From assembly GCA_024704765.1 (NCBI GenBank), contig JAKMXF010000221.1, forward strand, positions 558,001-622,000: a stretch of DNA of 64,000 nucleotides. Direction: 5' to 3'. Position numbers and translations under genes: made by a program. Below, piece by piece: positions 59,224 to 64,000 of this stretch (its first letter is position 1; each line of letters starts with the position of its first letter). The notes beneath the pieces were generated by a model. It saw only the letters and a list, made by a program, of their open reading frames with translations, was not told the origin of the DNA and made no database searches. This DNA is from Oopsacas minuta (Eukaryota; Animalia; Porifera).

Positions 59224-59897
59224 TTTACTAGGACAAATAAAATGTAATTACTTACGATAGACATGCAGCATAGCAACCAGTTGTAGTCATAAGAATGTGT
59301 AATTGTAAATAATTGGCCATGGTACCAACATGGCTCTATTAAGCCCAGTATAGGTAGTTATAGTGACATGAATTTTCCTGAGACACAATTTATCGGAAAG
59401 AGGGCACTCTGATCTGCATTTTTGCAATATTGAGTATATAAAACCGACATAGTTATCAAGATATGGCATGAAAAGTAGTTGAGCCACAAGCAATTGTGAC
59501 TTAATACGAACAACACCAACGGACAACGGACGGTCACGTTGTAGGGTGTAGATCTTTGTCGGTCTTATCTGGAGTTTCCTCTGTATATCATTGAATAATC
59601 AAATTGGAATAAGATATCACCCCCGCGACACAATACGTACTGATTGAATAATTGCTGAATCTAAAACAGAGCAAATATATAAGAACAACTCCTGTAATAT
59701 GAGATGTAAGACATCTTGTATGTAAATAGCAGGATTCTCTTATTTGAGATATAGACACACATATTAGTAATATATATCATGACAACACCTAGCTAGACAC
59801 AATTGTTCATGTGGAGCTTCAAGACAAAATCCACATTAATATTTTGGTCTATGTTTACTCTAAACTCCCGGTATAACAACGGTCCCTTGGGTGCACG

Positions 59898-60134
59898 CAG
59901 GGCGGATCCAAGATATAATTTCAGTGGGGCCAAGTTGCGAGCGTAGCGAGCGTAGCGAGCTATCCCTAAGTGGGGTATGGGGGCAAGCCCCTAAGAAAAC
60001 TTTTAAATGTTATGCGCTGAATAGCAAACTACAGCTATTTCTACCATCTATGGAGGAACATTCTTGTTAGTTATTCATTTTGAGGCCAACAATTAGATCT
60101 CAAAATCTCAGAGGGGCCCCTGTATCCGTCCCTA
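59898..60134. mobile_element. hAT-type MITE with GCGAGCGTAGCGAGC repeats
   Basis: TIRs CAGGGCGGATCCAAG / CTGTATCCGTCCCTA; flanks GGTGCACG / GGTGCACA (7/8). Confidence 0.8.
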
Positions 60135-60340
60135 GGTGCACAGATGTATTACAGTCTATGGGAAGGGTCCACAGAATATGTTAAAATTGGTATAGGGGGT
60201 CTTGGTGTCACTTCAAAAGCGTCCCAGTTTGAGTGTGCCTGGTCTGCGAGCTTCTACTGTATTACACAAAATGAAACCGAGGAGACGAGCACTTCGTTAT
60301 AACAGGAGTTTATTGTATGTATATTATCATAGATACGGTT

Positions 60341-61854
60341 ATGGCGAATAGGAATTTCAGGTCATCATTTCTAAAGCAGGCTGAAGTTAGTATCGATCGT
60401 CTGAGAGAGGAGATCAGACAAAAACGGACGGAGGTTAAGGTCAAATTCGCCGATTTCAGAGAAGCACTGGATAAGAAGGAGGTTGAGATATACGAGAGAC
60501 TAGATTCTATTCTTTTGAAGGTGATAAAACCTGTTACTCATACTAGGGCGATAATAGAACAGCTGATTGAAGGGACCGCGGCTGTTGAGGGGAAGTTCGA
60601 GCACAATGAGTTGCACAGGTTCCGCACGGAGACACTGGAGCGGATCGAACAAGAAATCCAAGAATTGGAGGAAAGACCGCTCGCCGAGATCCCATCAGCC
60701 AAATTGAAATGGGATCTGAATTTATTGGATCGGACCATTATGGAAGTTTGTCAGGTTGTAGAGGGGCCCTGTCCTTATGAGGAAAGGGGGGTTGTTATGA
60801 TGGCTTGCGGGGACAAGGGATCTGGAGAGGAGGAAATATTCACGCCTACTGGGGTAGCTATTGATGAAGAGAATGGGGACATATACGTAGCTGACTGTAA
60901 CATGAACAGAATACAGGTAATTTAATTATCAGCGGTCTGGGTGTAATTGGACCAGTTTAGCACCCTTGATCCAATTGGTGTGAAGTGGTGTATCATAAAA
61001 GGGGGCGGATAAAGTGGCAGATTGTCCTGGGACACATTTATACGTGTAATTTAGACACATATACAATTTCTCTATGAATTATCCACAGGGGGGTGACAAC
61101 ACCTCTCAAATGTGTTAATTACAAGCGCCAGGTGGTACAACTTGCCACATTTCACGTTCCATCATAGCAACCATTTATCCCATAGATATTCAGTGATACT
61201 GGAAAATATCAATCAACAATCAGAGACATAGATTACCCCAGAAGACTGATACTCGACACACACAATATATTTGTCACCTGTAATATAAGCGGAGGAGCAC
61301 TAATTAAATTAAACAAAATGCACCCACAGGATCGTTATCATAAGTCGGAGGGTGAATACATATCTGATATCACCTTTGATAAGAATAATCGAATTCTTGG
61401 GTGTGTGTATTCAAAACCGATCGTGATTATCTGGGACAAGGATCTCAAGAAAATCGAAGAAGTACAATTACACACTCAACACTTTGAAAAAGGAACCACA
61501 AAGTCACAGAAAGTTGTCGCGACACATAATGCCATAATTGTCCTGTTCACGGGGTCCTGTTACCCGCTACAGTCGTTCATATGGAAGGGATACGCGTTGA
61601 GGCCGATAATATATAATGACCAATTGTCAGGTGCTAAGATGTTCTGTCAAGATTACGAAGGCAATTTCATAATTGTTAATAATCAAATGCATGAGGTGAA
61701 GATTTTCACACCTGAGGGCAAATATGTGACTACTCTAGGGGTGAAGGGGGAGGAAAAGGGAACCTTTACTGACCCTCTATCTGTGGCAGTCACTAGAAGT
61801 GGGAGGATAATTGTATTGGATATGAAGAAGAACCTTATGATACAAATGTTCTAG
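60341..61854 (+). CDS. Coiled-coil + NHL-repeat protein (TRIM-NHL-like, no RING/B-box), ~414 aa
   Basis: Exons 60341-60916 and 61186-61854 (phase 0). NHL motifs FTPTGVAID...IYVADCNMNRIQIF and FTDPLSVAV..SGRIIVLD; ends IQMF. Confidence 0.85.
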
Positions 61855-62416
61855 CAAATTGTATATTGTTTGTATTTTACGTTTCAATTATTATTTGTTT
61901 GTTTTGCTTGATTGGGCGTATTTTTTGTTCCTCTAAGACACCATGCGGCCACCTTTCATACCCCTATTAATTGCATCTGATTGTGTAAACAAATATATAC
62001 ATATCTGCCAATTTTCGAACATAACAAACAACAAACAAACATTTAGAATTTCCCTAGCCAATCAATTTACATTATCAGATAGACTTAAGGATTTCATTTA
62101 GCGTAAACTCTCACATCTGATAGGTCAATGTAATTGTACATCTCCTTAGTTACACAAAACTTCACAACTATGCAAAGTTTCAAGTTTATAGCTCTTACCA
62201 GTTACCCAAACAATGCGTTTAAAACAAATATTGATTTTTGGTAAATAAGTTGTCCAAAGGGGGTTGTTTTATGTACCCTATCGTCATACTCAGGGGGGCG
62301 CAGTTCCAGCCCGCACAGAAAGGAAGTGGACACACAATAGAAGATATAAATAATAAATAAACAAACAAAAATCAAACAATATATATAAACAATTCAGTGA
62401 TAGTTGGTTCTATTCC

Positions 62417-63994
62417 TCATGCATTTATGACGTCATCATTCAATTTCTTATAACACCTATCGCATACCCTAACCGGATTAGAAAATCCCAAATCTAATAA
62501 TGGAAACTTTTGTGACGTACAATTCCCGCAATATATCCCACCACATTTCCTACAATGATGGCGTCGACGGACCATAGTGAACCCCACGTTACAGAGCATA
62601 CAGTGATTAGCCTCACGGTCCGGGACCCATGAGTGGAGGACTGTGCATGCCATATGGTTCCCGCCACAATAAAGTGTCTCGACTGCTTTGTCGGTTAAGG
62701 ATTCTAGGACATTTGGTTTGGATCTGTTGTTGGTGTCTCTGTGTCCCAGTTGTCCGTTTTGATTCTGCCCCCAGGTTACCACACGCTTGCTCTCTGTTAG
62801 GGCTGCTGAGAAGTTGCTGCCACTTGACACCTATATATACATAACTGTTTGTTTCTTATGTCAGAATAGATTGAAGAACTGGTAAGAGCTATAAATTTGA
62901 AATTTTGCATGTATGTGTATAGTGTTACAATGTGTATGTAAATGTGGAAAGGAAATTATGACACATCTCTGAGAAAAGGTGACAGGTGTCTCACCCAATC
63001 AGATTTGAGGGCTATAAGCTGAATTTATGTAACACCTATTAGATACTGTAATTTGATTGGTTAAGACTACTCACCTGTCTAATAGTACTCAACACTACGT
63101 TATTGAGCTGCACCTGTTTGAAACCAGTTCCTACCCGTGAGGGGGAGATAGATTGGTACTCATGGAGATCAGGATAATCCTCTCCAATCACACATAACTT
63201 TACTCCACACGTGTAGATACGACCGGTATCTGTCAGTACAAGGGAGTGAGCATCTCCACATGCTATGTCACGCACAGGGTCATCTGATGTGAAGAATTCT
63301 ATTGGTCGAGCTGAACCTATTAGATTACAGAGTTTATAGGCTTATAATTATAATTATTGATATGAGGTTATTATTGATGTTGAATTGGAATAGGCACAGG
63401 TTGACTGGAATTTTAATAAAATAGTACTTACCCAGATGTAAGGTATCACCGTGTCCAAGCTGTCCACCGTCTCCCCTTCCCCAGCTGGCTATAATACCGC
63501 TCTCACTCATTAGCAAAGAGTGGTATGCTCCTGTTACCACTTTAACCGCCACAATATCCGTGAACACCTGACAAATAGCCACATCGTCATCTGGTAGTTT
63601 AGGAGGGCTCGTCCCAGGCTCTGCTCCCGCCCCCAGCTGTCCGTACTCATTGTCTCCGAATGAGTATATTGTTCCTGTCTCATCTAAAGCTAGAGTGTAG
63701 TCCTGACCACATGATGACATAGTTACCTTAAGCTGAAATATCATTGGTTAAAACAACCCGCCAAACTTAATAGGCATAATTCTAATTTCAATAATCAACA
63801 TGAATTCTGGAACAACAAACCTACCTACCTTCCTTCTTCCAAGAGCCTCTACAGGTCTAGGGTGTGTCTGTCTCCCCTCCTCACTTGTGTACCCTAGTCT
63901 ATTCCCCGCCCTCCCCCATGTAAACACCTCCCCAGAGTCCAACACAACAGCTGCATGATACTCCCCACAAGATATGTATGTAACATCCATACCT
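62417..63994 (-). CDS. RCC1-repeat + C-terminal FYVE domain protein (3' part; 5' end outside window)
   Basis: Exons about 63994-63829, 63732-63432, 63283-63075 and 62830-62417, phase-consistent. RCC1 repeats (CGEYHAA, FGDNEYGQLG, WGQNQNGQLG); canonical FYVE WVPD...RRRHHCRKCG...RVC. Confidence 0.88.
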
Positions 63995-64000
63995 CTAAGC

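Noticed and set aside
59287-59580. About 97 open codons on the - strand upstream of SLC35D
   Set aside because: No homology recognised and no convincing start exon; left unannotated.

Overview
AT-rich, gene-dense animal genomic DNA. A beta-catenin, an IGFBP-Kazal protein, a DOK-like adaptor and a Gbeta5-like gene make it metazoan. Short introns, many intronless genes and strongly diverged sequences suggest a compact sponge genome, possibly a glass sponge; this is inference only. All gene models were assembled by hand from GT-AG sites and phase continuity. Genes in order: PH+PTB DOK-like adaptor (-); CRD-less Frizzled/Smoothened-like 7TM receptor (-); V-ATPase c'' (ATP6V0B, -); FZR1/Cdh1 (-); a divergent beta-catenin with at least 15 exons (-), apparently head-to-head with a CLK/LAMMER kinase (+); an ankyrin-repeat TRP channel (+) whose last intron holds three antisense single-pass microprotein ORFs and a 46-47 bp minisatellite; a low-complexity multi-exon gene (-) that probably hosts an intronless kinesin-13; a PTAP/PPxY membrane ORF; an IGFBP-Kazal-Kazal protein; GNB5-like; DYNC2LI1; tRNA-Pro(CGG); a TIR-HEAT fusion; a non-prenylatable Rab-like GTPase; an SLC35D transporter with a same-strand nested ODF3/SHIPPO gene; a coiled-coil-NHL protein (+); and the 3' part of an RCC1-FYVE gene (-). 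Introns and spacers carry many hAT and Tc1/mariner-type MITEs (several with intact TSDs), two Helentron/DINE-like repeat families, (GTTT)n tracts at splice sites, and a ~260 bp near-perfect inverted repeat between beta-catenin and CLK. The most notable observations are (1) a beta-catenin with a rewired degron (S45 to D, RxxSP at S41) and lost APC-contact residues, near a Frizzled-like receptor lacking its CRD and carrying a degenerate KTxxxW motif; (2) the nested microprotein cluster; (3) FZR1 lacking its IR tail; and (4) the TIR-HEAT protein.
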